Assembly (NCBI GenBank): GCA_002269645.1
Contig: NIVC01000585.1
Location: 1-64,000 of the forward strand
Source of the DNA: Macrostomum lignano
Lineage: Eukaryota
DNA length: 64,000 bases
Direction of reading: 5' to 3'
In this document: piece after piece, positions 32,215-64,000 of the stretch
Numbering within the stretch: position 1 is the stretch's first letter
Layout of the letters: each line of letters starts with the position of its first letter
Translations under genes and position numbers: made by a program
Notes under the pieces: generated by a model
What the model was told of the DNA's origin: nothing
The model's database searches: none
Seen by the model: the letters and a program-made list of their open reading frames with translations, nothing else

Positions 32215-35200
32215 ATGATGATGGACAATTACCCAGTGGGCTCCAGCGCCATGCTGCCCTCTCTGATTGCGTCGCCGAATTACTACGATAGCAGCGTTGC
32301 CTGCGTCCTTAGCAACGGAGTGGTGGCATTCGCTGCCAGGCAGAATGTCATTTACCTGGGCAGGGAGCTGCCCGACAATCCCCTGGCCTACCTGGGCTTC
32401 CTCCCAGCTCATCAGGTCAAGTGCAGCGGCCTCGCTGCCATCGATGACGCCAGCGCCGAGCTGGAGGAGGGCGAGCTGACGACTCAGTCCGTTAAATTCG
32501 CCTCCTGCGGCCTGGACGGTTTCGTTCGAGTCTGGGACTTCGCCGCCAGAAGCTGCCTGCGCGAGTTTAATCCGCAAAGTCTGGGATTGAAAGAGCCGCT
32601 GCCCAGCTGCCTGGCGGCTGCGGATGCCGCGGGTGGCGATGCTGCGGTGAGGCTGCTGGCTGTCGGCTGCGAGAGCGGCCACGTTGCGGTGCTGCGATGG
32701 CTGCCCGGGGCCGGCGGCGGCGGCGCTAACGGAGTTCAGTGCCGGCCGTTTGGCAAAGACCAGGGAGTCAACCAGGTCCGTGCAGCTGACTGGGCTTTTG
32801 AAGATTGGCTTGTGGCTGGGGTCTTTGTTGCGACCAGGACGGGTTTAAGGGGTTCCATTTTATGATTTCTTTAATTTCAGGACTGGGATTAAAACTGGGA
32901 TTTTCGGGATCAGAGCTAACATTTCGGGGATCAGGACTGCGATTTTGGGGATCCGGACTGCGTTTTTAGGGATCAGGACTGCGATTTTGGAGGTGAAGAC
33001 TGGATTTTTAGGGATCAGGACTGGGATTCTGGGAATTGGAACTGGGATTTTGGGGATCGAGACTGGGATTTTGGAGATCGGGACTGGGATTTTGGGGATC
33101 GAGACTGGGATTTTGGGGATCGCGACTGGGATTTTGGGGTGAAGACTGGATTTTAAGGGATCAGGACTAGGATTTGGGACTCCGGACTTGGATTTTGGGG
33201 GATCAGGAGTGGGATTTTGGGGTATCAGGAGTGGGATTCTTAGGGATCAGGACTGGGATTTTGGATTTGGGACAGGAAATTCTACTAGGAATTATTGAAA
33301 AATCAGTAACCAGAGCCTCAATCCGCCTCATCTCGCCTGCCAGGTGCTGTGGAAGCCGAACTCAGCCTCCACCCTAGCTTGCGCCGGTCGCAATGGCCAG
33401 GTCTGCGTGCTCAGTTTCAATCCGACAGCCTCCGCCTCATCCGGACTCACCGTGGCGCATCGGCTGGCCGCGCACACCGGGGAGGTGGTAAACCTGGCCT
33501 GGAACTGGGATGCCCAACCTGCCGGGGATGCCCAGCCGGACTTGGCCAGCGTTGGCCGCGATCGCCTGCTCAAGCTGTGGGGTTTGGGCTCAGATGAGTC
33601 CGTTGTGTGCTCTGCTAGTGTTAAGGTAAGTGAATTGTGCGACTCTAAAGTCTTCTGTGTCTCTAGAGTCTCTCTCTGTATCTCTAGAGTCACCCTGTAT
33701 CTCTAGAGTCACTCTCTGTATCTCTAGTCACTCTCCCCGCCCGCAGGTGCCCCCAGCCTGGGCAAGAAGCGTGGCTGGGCCCAGTCAGACGACAGGCGGT
33801 ACTGGTGCAGCCTTGCCTGGCCACGCGGGCAGCCCCTGCTGTTCAACACCCCCACGGGAGAGATTCTCAAGCGGGACCCCGGCGCCTCGGCCGGCTACTC
33901 AGCCCTGCTCACCGGCTCCTCGGCCGCTAAGCCTCCCCTGCACCGGATGATCTTCGCCATGGCAAGCCGCGGCGACCGGCTTTACACCTTCGGCATCGAC
34001 TGGTGGATCTGCGAGCTGAGCCTGGAGCCAAGCCCCGCCACCCTGCTCAGCTCTGTGCCCACCGCCTCCGGCTTTGCGCTGTGCGCCCAGCCCAGCCCCA
34101 GCAGCCCCGCCACCCTGGCCGCCGGCTTCGGCGACGGCTGCATCCGAGTCTGGCGCCGCGGCGCCGGCGCCGCCTCCGCCTACGACGTGAGCCTTCACTG
34201 GCAGGGCATCAGCGGCCGGGTCAGCGCGGTGGCCTGGCACCCCAGCCAGGAGGGCCTGCTGGCATTCGGCACGGACGCTGGCCAGGTTGGCTGCGTGGAC
34301 ACCCTGCTGGCCGCCGGCCCGGCCGGAGGTGCCAAAGCTGTCCGCCTGTCGCCCAGCCATCACAAAGGCTGCGTGTACATCGTGCGCTGGGGCCCGCCGC
34401 CCCCGTCGACAACCGACAGTCCGGAGCAGGCGTCGGCGGCCGCAGTATACAGCGTCGGCAACTACCGGATCCTCGTGCACGATCCGGCTATGTCGCAGCC
34501 GGCCACGGACGTCTCCCGCCAGCTGCCGGTCGGGCCGCCGCTGCCGCATCAGCAGCAGCAGCAGGCTGGAGGGTCGAAGAACCGCAACAGGAGCCGGACC
34601 GATGCTCAGTTCAACCCCGACTGCAGCCAGCTGGCCGTCGGTAACGAATCTGGGCTGGTTGAAATCTTTAATTGGTCGGCCATGAGGTTGCGGGTTCGAG
34701 CCCTGTTCAGCCGGAAGATTGTCAACGCGCTGGCCTGGCACCCCGGCTATGCGGCAGAGTGCCGCGGCTGGCTGGCCATCGGCACCAACAGCCCAACTGT
34801 CTTCGTGATGGACACCGGGGTCGGCAGCGACACCGCCTCCTGCGTTGACGTGTCCGAGCCTATGATCACCTTGAAGGTGAGGCCTTGAGCACACTTGAGA
34901 TCTCCACTAGATCCCCACTTAAGCACACTTGAGATCTCCACTAGATCCCCACTTGAGCACACTTGAGATCTCCACTAGATCCCCACTTAAGCACACTTGA
35001 GATCTCCACTAGAACCCCACTTGAGCACACTTGAGATCATCACTAGATCTCCACTTGAGCACACTTGAGATCATCACTAGATCCCCACTTGAGCACACTT
35101 GAGATCATCACTAGATCCCCACTTGAGCACACTTGAGATCATCACTAGATCCCCACTTGAGCACACTTGAGATCTCCACTAGATCCCCACTTGAGCACAC

Positions 35201-37522
35201 TTGAAATCATCACTAGATCCCCACTTGAGCACACTTGAGATCTCCACTAGATCCCCACTTGAGCTCACTTGAGATCTCCACTAGATCCCCACTTGAGCAC
35301 ACTTGAGATCATCACTAGATCCCCACTTGAGCATGCTGTTTCCAAATCGCGCTCTCCTCAGGGCCACCGGGACCGCATCACCTCGTTGTGCTGGAGCCCG
35401 CACACGCCGCACCACCTGCTGTCCGGCTCATTCGACGGCACCGCCCAGGTGTGGGACGTCCGCACCGGGGATCACCTGGCCAACTTTGCCGGTCACGCAG
35501 GCAAAGTGTACACGGTGCTTTGGTCAGCCAGCGACCCGGATGTGTGCCTGAGCGGTAGCGAAGATCACTGCCTGCTCGTCTGGCGAATCTCCCAGCTCGA
35601 CAGGAAGTCGCCGCCCACCTCGGGCCGGCAGTACCGGCCGCCGCTGCCGCACGGAGTGCTGGCCAGGACCGCCGACGAGGCCGCTCTCGATGCCGACGTT
35701 GACGATGCTTCGACTGGGCATGAGGCCGCAGCAGCTGCGACCGCGGCCACTTTGAACACCAGCGTGGAGGACCTGGAGCTGGACGACCTGCTGCGTCTGG
35801 TTGAACAGAAAAAACGGGAGCTGACGGTGAGGAGAATGCTTCTTCAGTAAATCCCCATTCTAAAAGCACACGATCCCAAATGCACACGATCCCAAATGCA
35901 CACGATCCCAAATGCACACGATCCCAAATGCACATGATCCAAAGTGTACATGATACCAAATGTTCATGAATTCAAATGCACATGATCCAAAGTGTACATG
36001 ATACCAAATGTCCATGAATTCAAATGCACATGATCCCAAAGCACTTGATCCCAAATGTACATGATCCCAAATGTTCATGAATTCAAATGCACATGATCCC
36101 AAATGTACATGATCCCTAATGTACATTATCCAAAATGTACATGATCTCTAATGCACATGATCCCAAATGCACATGACCCTAAATGCAAATGATCCCAAAT
36201 GCACATGATCCCAAATGTACATGATCCCTAATCCACATGATCCCAAATGTACATGATCCCTAATCCACATGATCCTAAATGCACATGATCCCAAATGTAC
36301 ATGATCCCTAATCCACATGATCCTAAATGCACATGATCCCAAATGTACATTGATTCCAAATGCGCATGATTCACTGGTTCAGTAAATCGCCATTCGAGAT
36401 CACGGGTTTAGTAAATCCCCTGATAAAATTAAATCAATTTTTTTAACCCCGTATTTTCCTGCCTCCAATTTTATTTAGATCCCCTACCAGCTTCATAAGT
36501 CTGCTTCATCGCACTGGCCATTCCCTCCCCGCAGGTCAAGGGCCAGCCGCCGCCTGCCGCCGCCCCCACGCAGTTCGTCCGCCGGCCCAGCGCCACCGAG
36601 AAGGAACCGGCCGCGTCCGCCTCCGCCGTCCCCGCCGACAACGAGGACCTGGCCGATGCTGCCGGCCCGGCCACCCTGGCCGACGTTGCCCTCCGTCGCG
36701 GAGTCGGCGCTGATCCGTCGCGCCGCCGTCCGGCGCTTTTTCCGCGCTCCGGACGCGCCGAGAACGCCCGCGCCGCGGCCAGCGCCGAAGACTTGCGCCT
36801 GGCGGATTTCGCCGCTTTGCTGGCGCTCCTGCGCGGCGATGCCGAAGTGGAAATGCCGGACAACCTCCTGGCGCTGCTGCCGCGGCCGCACGCGGCTCGA
36901 CTGGCCGACCGAGAGCTGCGCCGACTGCTGCGGATCGGCCACCTGGACAATTACCTGCTGCTGCTGGTCTGGTCCGGCCGCCTGCAGCGCGCTGTCCAGG
37001 TAGATTAGACTGCTCAGCCAGTGTGCTCAAGTGGGGATCTAGCTCAGCCAGTGTGCTCAAGTGGGGATCTAGCTCAGCCAGTGTGCTCAAGTGGGGATCT
37101 AGCTCAGCCAGTGTGCTCAAGTGGGGATCTAACTTAGCCAGTGTGCTCAAGTGGGAATCTAGCTCAGCCAGTATGCTCAAGTGGGGATCTAGCTCAGCCA
37201 GTGTGCTCAAGTGGGGATCTAGCTTAGCCAGTGTGCTCACTAGAACCAATTTACTATAAAATTCACAGGAAGCCACCGCCTCCGGCTTCCTGCCTGACTG
37301 GCTGGTGGCTGTCAGCTACTTGGCAGCCGCCGCCTCCCCTGATCTGGATGCCAGCGTCGCTGTGGCCAAGGCTGACGGACTGCGACGGTGCGGAGACGCT
37401 CACCTGGCCACCACCTACCTGCTGGCCGCTCGGCGGACCGAGGCTGCCGTTGACTGCCTGCTGACTGCCGGCAAGGCTAGGGAGGTCTGTCTGTTTGCCT
37501 GTCTGTCTGTTTGTCTGTCTGC

Positions 37523-37577
<55 letters not shown>

Positions 37578-39100
37578 CCTGTCTGTCTGTCTGTCTGTCT
37601 GCCTGTCTGTCTGTCTGTCTGCCTGCCTGTCTGTCTGTCTGCCTGTCTCTGTTTATCTGTCTGTCTGTTTGTTTGTCTGTCTGTCTGTCTCTCTGTCTGT
37701 CTGTCTCTCTGTCGTCAGCCAGCAAACCCGCTCCACCCGCCCGCAGGCTGTGCTGCTCAGCAACCTGCGCCTGCTCCCATCCGACCCGGTCCGCGCCCGC
37801 GCCCTGGACGCCTACGCCAAGTCGTGCGCCGAGGCCGGCCGTCACGAGCTGCGCGCCCAGCTGCTGCTGCTGCTGCAGAGGCCCGGCGAGGCTGTCGAAG
37901 CGCTGCTGCAGCGGCGCGGAAATTCCGCCTACCTGGCGGCCATGCAGGTGAGAAATTTTCTGGGAAATGCCAGCTTTGATGGGGAAAAATCGCAGTCTGC
38001 ATGCTCCACCACCTGTTTGCCTGTCTGCAGGTGTGGCTTGCCCATGACGACTTGCCTGCGGCGCTGGGCATCGGCCTGGACTGGCTCTGCTCCGGCCTGC
38101 TGGACACCGGCGAGGCCGGCACCTGGCGGCGGCAGCTGCGCCGACTGTGCGGCGATCGCCGGCATCTGTGCCTGGAGGCGCTGCTGGACACCTTCGACCG
38201 GCTGCAGGCCCGGGTTCGCGTCAACTGGAAACAGTTCGCTAGCGATGTGGCCGCTGCCTACGGATCGGATGAGCGGGCGGCTTTGCTAGGCCAGATTGAG
38301 CGGCTCAAGTGAGTCACGTGTGCTCTCCGGTATCTGGGGTTCGATCGATACATATCGGCCATGTAGAGTGTGAATTTTTTAGCTAGCAATCCAGTTTTCG
38401 ATACATATCGGCCATGTAGAGTGTGAATTATTTAGCTAGCAATCAATCCAGTTTTCGATACATATCGGCTATTTAGAGTGTGGATTATTTAGCTAGCAAT
38501 CAATCCAGTTTTCTATACATATCGGCTATGTAGAGTGTGCTTTTTTCAGCACTTTCAGCACGAAACATATCGGTTACTTAGCGGTGTTATCTTAGCTGCT
38601 ATTGTTTTCGATACATATCGGCAATACTGTTTTGACTGAATCTATGATCATAAAAAAACCTCCCCCTTAAACATCCATCCAGACAGGGTCGCCAGCCAGC
38701 ACTCAGCGCCGAGCAGAAGCTGCTGCACCTGTCCTTGGACACCAGCGAGATTCTGCTGCGACACTGCGACTCGTCAGACGCCGCCGCCGCCGCCCTGGCG
38801 CCCCTGCTGGCCAACCACGAGCGCCAAGTGCGTCTGGCTGAGCCCGACTCCACCTTCCCGGCCGGCGGCGCGCCGAACAGCAAATCGGGCGGCCGGGTTG
38901 GTGAGGAGCTCGTGGCCGCCCTCAGCTCGCATGCCGCTGCGGAACTGCCGCCGCCCGCGACTGGCGCAGCCAAGGGTGCCACGACCGGCCGGCTCAGTGC
39001 TGAAGACCAGCCCGACGGCGAATCCTGCGGCGGCAGCGGCTGTCCCCCGACTGTCCCACCCGCAGTTCCTGAGGACAAGGAGAATCTGCTTCCAGCTTGA
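32215..39100 (+). CDS. GEMIN5: Gem-associated protein 5 (WD40 repeats + TPR-like region), 9 exons, about 1344 aa
   Basis: Exons 32215-32775, 33344-33625, 33728-34876, 35362-35826, 36535-36999, 37269-37484, 37747-37947, 38031-38308, 38683-39100; GT-AG and phase-consistent. Gemin5-like segments: SPNYY..GVVAFAAR; LAAGFGDGCIRVW..YDVSLHWQGISGRVSAVAWHPSQEGLLAFGTD; GHRDRITSLCWSPH..LLSGSFDGTAQVWD..NFAGHAGKVYTVLWS..DPD. AATAAA at 39253. The exact start ATG and the exon 3 acceptor are uncertain. Confidence 0.92.
32875..33290. repeat. Degenerate about 19-20 bp repeat GACTGGGATTTTGGGGATC (GEMIN5 intron 1)
   Basis: Direct inspection. Confidence 0.9.
34886..35333. repeat. 34-bp minisatellite GAGCACACTTGAGATC(T/A)(C/T)CACTAGATCCCCACTT (GEMIN5 intron 3)
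   Basis: About 13 units. Confidence 0.96.
35862..36372. repeat. About 17-bp repeat AATG(C/T)ACATGATCCCAA (GEMIN5 intron 4)
   Basis: Direct inspection. Confidence 0.93.
37011..37241. repeat. 30-bp minisatellite GTGTGCTCAAGTGGGGATCTAGCTCAGCCA (GEMIN5 intron 5)
   Basis: About 7.5 units. Confidence 0.96.
37485..37712. repeat. (CTGT)n microsatellite (GEMIN5 intron 6), starting at the donor GT
   Basis: Direct inspection. Confidence 0.97.
38340..38615. repeat. About 58-62 bp tandem repeat with core TTTCGATACATATCGGC (GEMIN5 intron 8)
   Basis: Four to five core copies. Confidence 0.88.
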
Positions 39101-39802
39101 TCCCAGTGGTCTGTTCTCAAGCTTCAATAACAGGTTACTAATCCATATTCGTAGTAGTAGTATATTTATTATCTAAAATCTAACCGCCAAATTATTTAGG
39201 TTACTATCAGTAGTTTAAATGCACATCAATAGTGTAATCATTTTGCTTGCGTAATAAAAATGTATTTTTCCTACTGGCTACTGGCAATGTTATTCAGTAG
39301 GATGGCGAGCATTTTATTCAATTATTGTTGCCGCTGCTCTTAGTTAGTTATCCTCATGCAACCATTATGATCATGTACCGCTTTTCATCTCAATAACTTG
39401 CGATTCGTCATTTGTTTCCAATTTTTATACTGCTATACTGCATAACATTGTGAAATTATTATTAGTCTAAATTGTCAGACCAGCCGTGCATTGTCCAGGG
39501 GCTTCTCTGGCATATCGATATGCTTTTAATAAACTAATCTATTTGTTTGGGCTCTTTCACCTCCAGCTGTTCGTTTCGGCGTGCGAAATTGACTTTTTTA
39601 TTATTATATTGAACTATTTTTCTACTTACTTTTTTGTTACCCAAAAACTGACTTCTTATCGTACAATATAATGGCTAAATTTAGCTCAGCAACTAATTTA
39701 GTAATGTTTAATTTGTTATTTATAACTTGTTGTTGGTTTATTCTAAGAATTTATTGTTTAACTTCAAAAAATTTCAGAGGACAAAAAAACCGCATTCTAG
39801 GA

Positions 39803-40045
39803 ATAGCCGATATGTATCGAAAAGTATATATCCAATTGGAAATACATGTACACTCGGGCTCTGATCAGCCGAGCCGATATGTGTCGAAAAATGTATAATC
39901 AAATAGAAATACATGTATACTCGGCTCTGAATGGCCGAACCGATATGTATCGATAAAATGAATAACCAATTGGAAATACATACACACTCAGCTTATGATC
40001 AGACGAGCCGATATGTATCGAAAAATGTACAGCCAAATAGAAATA
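39803..40045. repeat. About 65-70 bp tandem repeat with core GCCGATATGTATCGAAA
   Basis: Four core copies; the core is the reverse complement of the intron 8 core. Confidence 0.85.
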
Positions 40046-40949
40046 CACTATCGGCCGGTATGCATCGCAAACATGTGACTTCCTACTTCCAGATTAAGAC
40101 AATCAGTAATCTACGTTATATGATATTACACGTAATTTCAATGAAATTCGAAGACATTGTCACAAACCCAATTCGAAATACTTGAGCAACAATTGGTGCG
40201 GCCTATAAATATAAATAGCCAGTTTATTTAAATACATTTATCATTGCGGGAAGTTCAGCGCCAGCAACCAGCTATTGCCGTTGGAATCAAATTTATACGA
40301 TACGACAATTATATTGCATTAATTATGTAAGTCACGTGATATGGATTGTTCAGTTTGTCGCAGTTGACAGCGCATTAGAATTGTATTGCCATAAATCAGT
40401 GCAATAAATAAGAGACAAAAATGGGAAACGCGCGTGTTTGAACTGCTTTTTCGCTAAGACAAAAAACCTCTTCAAAAACCCAAAAAGCGAACTCAAAATC
40501 ACTCAAGAGAATTAAAAACTGCACAGCGTTTCACCCTAGGCCTGTCCGGGAAGTGCAACAAATAAATGAGTATTGAACTACGGAACTTTTGATCATAAAT
40601 AATTAAGCATAGATTAAACACAAGGCGTACACGATTACGTAATCAAAGATTCAATTGTTAAAGCACATTAATGAAAAATTACTGCAGGCCAAATCAATTA
40701 GAACAGTAACACTGAAATGTCGCATAGTAGACTGTACGACATTCATTACAACATTAGTACGACTAACTGGAAACCAGTCCATTGATCAGCTTACTTACAG
40801 TAGTATGCTTCCATCGCAATAAACAGGATCCGCGAGTCAAGTCACTGGCACAGACAGTGAATAGAATGTGACCTGCAGCAATGCTGTGACCAACTTTGTT
40901 TTGTTCAACTGCTGGGCAACTGCGATTTTGACAAGGGGCGCCATGTTGG

Positions 40950-41757
40950 GGCTTGTCAGATTTGTCAAAATGGCAGATTTGTCAGAGTGGCAGATTTGTC
41001 AAAATGGCAGATTTGTCAGAGTGGCAGATTTGTCAAAATGGCAGATTTGTCAAAATGGCAGATTTGTCAGAGTGGCAGATTTGTCAAAATGGCAGATTTG
41101 TCAAAATGGCAGATTTGTCAGAGTGGCAGATTTGTCAAAATGGCAGATTTGTCAGAGTGGCAGATTTGTCAAAATGGCAGATTTGTCAGAGTGGCAGATT
41201 TGTCAAAATGGCAGATTTGTCAGAATGACAGATTTGTCAAAATGGCAGATTTGTCAAAATGGCAGATTTGTCAAAATGGCAGATTTGTCAGAGTGGCAGA
41301 TTTGTCAAAATGGCAGATTTGTCAAAATGGCAGATTTGTCAGAGTGGCAGATTTGTCAAAATGGCAGATTTGTCAGAGTGGCAGATTTGTCAAAATGGCA
41401 GATTTGTCAGAGTGGCAGATTTGTCAAAATGGCAGATTTGTCAGAGTGGCAGATTTGTCAAAATGGCAGATTTGTCAGAATGACAGATTTGTCAAAATGG
41501 CAGATTTGTCAAAATGGCAGATTTGTCAAAATGGCAGATCTGTCAAAATGGCAGATTTGTCAAAATGGCAGATTTGTCAGAATGACAGATTTGTCAGAGT
41601 GGCAGGTTTGTCAGAATAGCAGATTTGTCAAAATGGCAGATTTTTCAAAATGGCAGATTTGTCAAAATGGCAGATTTGTCAGAGTGGCAGGTTTGTCAAA
41701 ATGGCAGATTTGTCAGAGTGGCAGGTTTGTCAAAATGGCAGATTTGTCAAAATGGCA
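40950..41757. repeat. 17-bp minisatellite GGCAGATTTGTCA(AAAT/GAGT)
   Basis: About 47 units, directly 3' of the ATP13A stop codon. Confidence 0.97.
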
Positions 41758-41790
41758 GCTCAGCAGTCCCATCCTTTCTCTCAGCGCTCT

Positions 41791-61957
<20,167 letters not shown>

Positions 61958-64000
61958 CTCGGCAGCATAACAGGGCGCACAGAAAATGGCTACCTGTGAA
62001 CATTAATGTTGGAATGATGGGGGAACGAATTTTTTTTATAGTTTTGTAAAATTGTTATGAAATATTTTACTATTACTAAAATAGAAACTTATATACTGTT
62101 TTTGTTTGATATTTTTAAGATAATATAAACAATTAATAGATACATAATTTAGGACAACAAAAACCATAGCTATTATAGGATTTATACCAGCCTAATCTTT
62201 TTTTTCTGTTTTTTAAACCTAATATATGAGCTAAATAAAAATTAAGTTAAACTACAAGGAGATAAAAAATAACTGTTTAGAAATTTAGTCATGGGAAAAA
62301 TAATTTTGCTTAGGTTTAATACCTTTGATTTTTTGGCAGAAGGCTAAATTATTATTATAGGAGCCAAATATAGACATTCTAAAACACATCACATGTATAT
62401 ATTTTACTTGGAAATATTATTTAGTTGCTAATAGCAATTTAATTAGATTAGAATTGACATACATACATGTACAATTAAATTGGTGACACAGCATTGAGAA
62501 AAATATTGTTATTTCAGTTTGTTTAAAACTCTCACGATTAGACTTACAACAAGTAATTTTCGATCTTTCGGACTGCGCAGATCATTATTTATTATGAGTG
62601 CGAATGAGTAGCGGGTAATAATTATATTAATCAATGATATAAAGAAGTGCTAAGAGCTTGGAATCAAACTGCAATAAACGACACTCAATTGTTTAATATC
62701 ATAGCTTAAAGAGTTATTTGTAAGATTGCGATTGTAGTTAGTTAGCCACCAACCAACCAAGAAGTATACGGCAAAAGCAAAATGATTACAACTGACCGGA
62801 ATCTGGGCTAGCTTAATTAAATACTCTCAATACCCACGTTGATTACTGAAAAGGACTCAGTTAAAAATATTATAAATATTATGAAATAAAATCTTAAGGA
62901 CACAAAATTAAAGTTTTAAAGAGAAATTTTTATTACAATATTGTTTTCATTTCTGCTTATTTCAACTTAAGAGCATTCAACTTTGTTAAAATCTACAATT
63001 GTACAACGAAGTCAACCTTAAGTCCTATTCAACCTTGAGTCCTTATTAAGTCCTAGTTAGAATGCATCTGATTTTCAGGAAAAATTGCACAAAAGATTAT
63101 AAAACAATGAAATAACTTTTCTAACAAACTTTTCATACAACATTCCTTTTAACCTAAGTTCTAGCTCACAAAATCACAATAGTAGCGCGCGTATTTGGGT
63201 AGGGAACGATTGAAAAAAAAGAAGGCGCGGAGCGAGTCGCGGGTAGAAGTAAAAAGCGGAATAGAATTTATTGAACGGAGAGCGGAGGGAGACGGAGGAA
63301 GAATATGCAGCTGTCCTATTTTGGACCCCATGAAGAAGCTGAAGTACATTTGAAGTTCCACGCCTTCATCAGAAGATTGCCGATCATCATGCATCCGAGC
63401 ACCACAAGCAGCTATAGTATATATATATATATAGTTAAGAGTGTATCGAGAGAGCGTGCGAAAATGCGGACGTCATTACGGTGTCAATTTGATATTGAAA
63501 CATTTAAATTTAAATAAGTGCAAAATCTAACCTTGTCACCAATCCAGTAGTCTCCATAGCGTCCCTCACCAAACTTAACTCGATCGCTCGGTCGTTTACA
63601 GTATTAAAATCAAAACTGCCCGCAGCTCAATGGAGTTCTGGGTAATAAAAAAAATCGTGCATGAGCACACTTTTTGCATGCTAATCTTGTCAGGGTTTAT
63701 ATAGTCTATTTAGTGATCATTATTTATTGACTGGTGCATTGGCAATTCAATTGGTAAGTGTATGCATATAAGTATGCATAAGTGTGCAAACTCTAGCAAT
63801 TCATCACTTCGCTTGAAGTGATAATATTGATTTCTTGACTTGATGCAAGTAATGAAAAGTACAGTTATTAAGAGGGTAAACTTTAAGTAAATATTGCCTC
63901 AGCCATTAATACTGCTGCATTTCGTCGAGCAAAGTTTTCTCGACTTCAAAGGTTTGTTCAACGAGCTTCCAATAAAGTATCTTTAAGACAGTAATATTCT

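Noticed and set aside
63305-63420. Peptide KIADHHASEHHKQ, faintly like a hAT-associated zinc-finger tail
   Set aside because: Too short, bounded by stops, and no other transposase motifs nearby.

Overview
Eukaryotic (metazoan) genomic DNA, not prokaryotic. GC-rich exons are separated by GT-AG introns that are almost all filled with different 4-60 bp tandem arrays. The style is consistent with a repeat-rich flatworm genome such as Macrostomum, but that is inference only. Hand-assembled gene models: (1) a 4-exon secreted protein with a PAN/Apple-like module plus an ALK/LTK-type glycine-rich domain (17170-18623, minus); (2) a single-exon RPP14/Pop5-family RNase P subunit-like ORF (28392-28712, plus); (3) an orphan single-pass membrane protein exon (30391-30741, plus); (4) a 9-exon GEMIN5 (32215-39100, plus, about 1344 aa); (5) an 18-exon P5B-type ATPase of the ATP13A2/3 family (41791-61957, minus, about 1301 aa, with one apparent 1-bp homopolymer frameshift). 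Mobile DNA: a full-length but decayed Ty3/gypsy LTR element (6104-10798) nested in a 4.7 kb 19-bp satellite, a 5'-truncated RTE-like LINE with a 6-bp TSD, an older gypsy remnant and a SINE fragment. Most interesting signals: a possible trans-spliced operon (RPP14-like / TM / GEMIN5); tandem arrays in 23 of 25 introns of the two large genes; an exact 23-nt core in inverted orientation in the introns flanking GEMIN5 exons 4-5; and the receptor-less ALK-type glycine-rich protein. All coordinates and alignments were read by eye; no searches were run.
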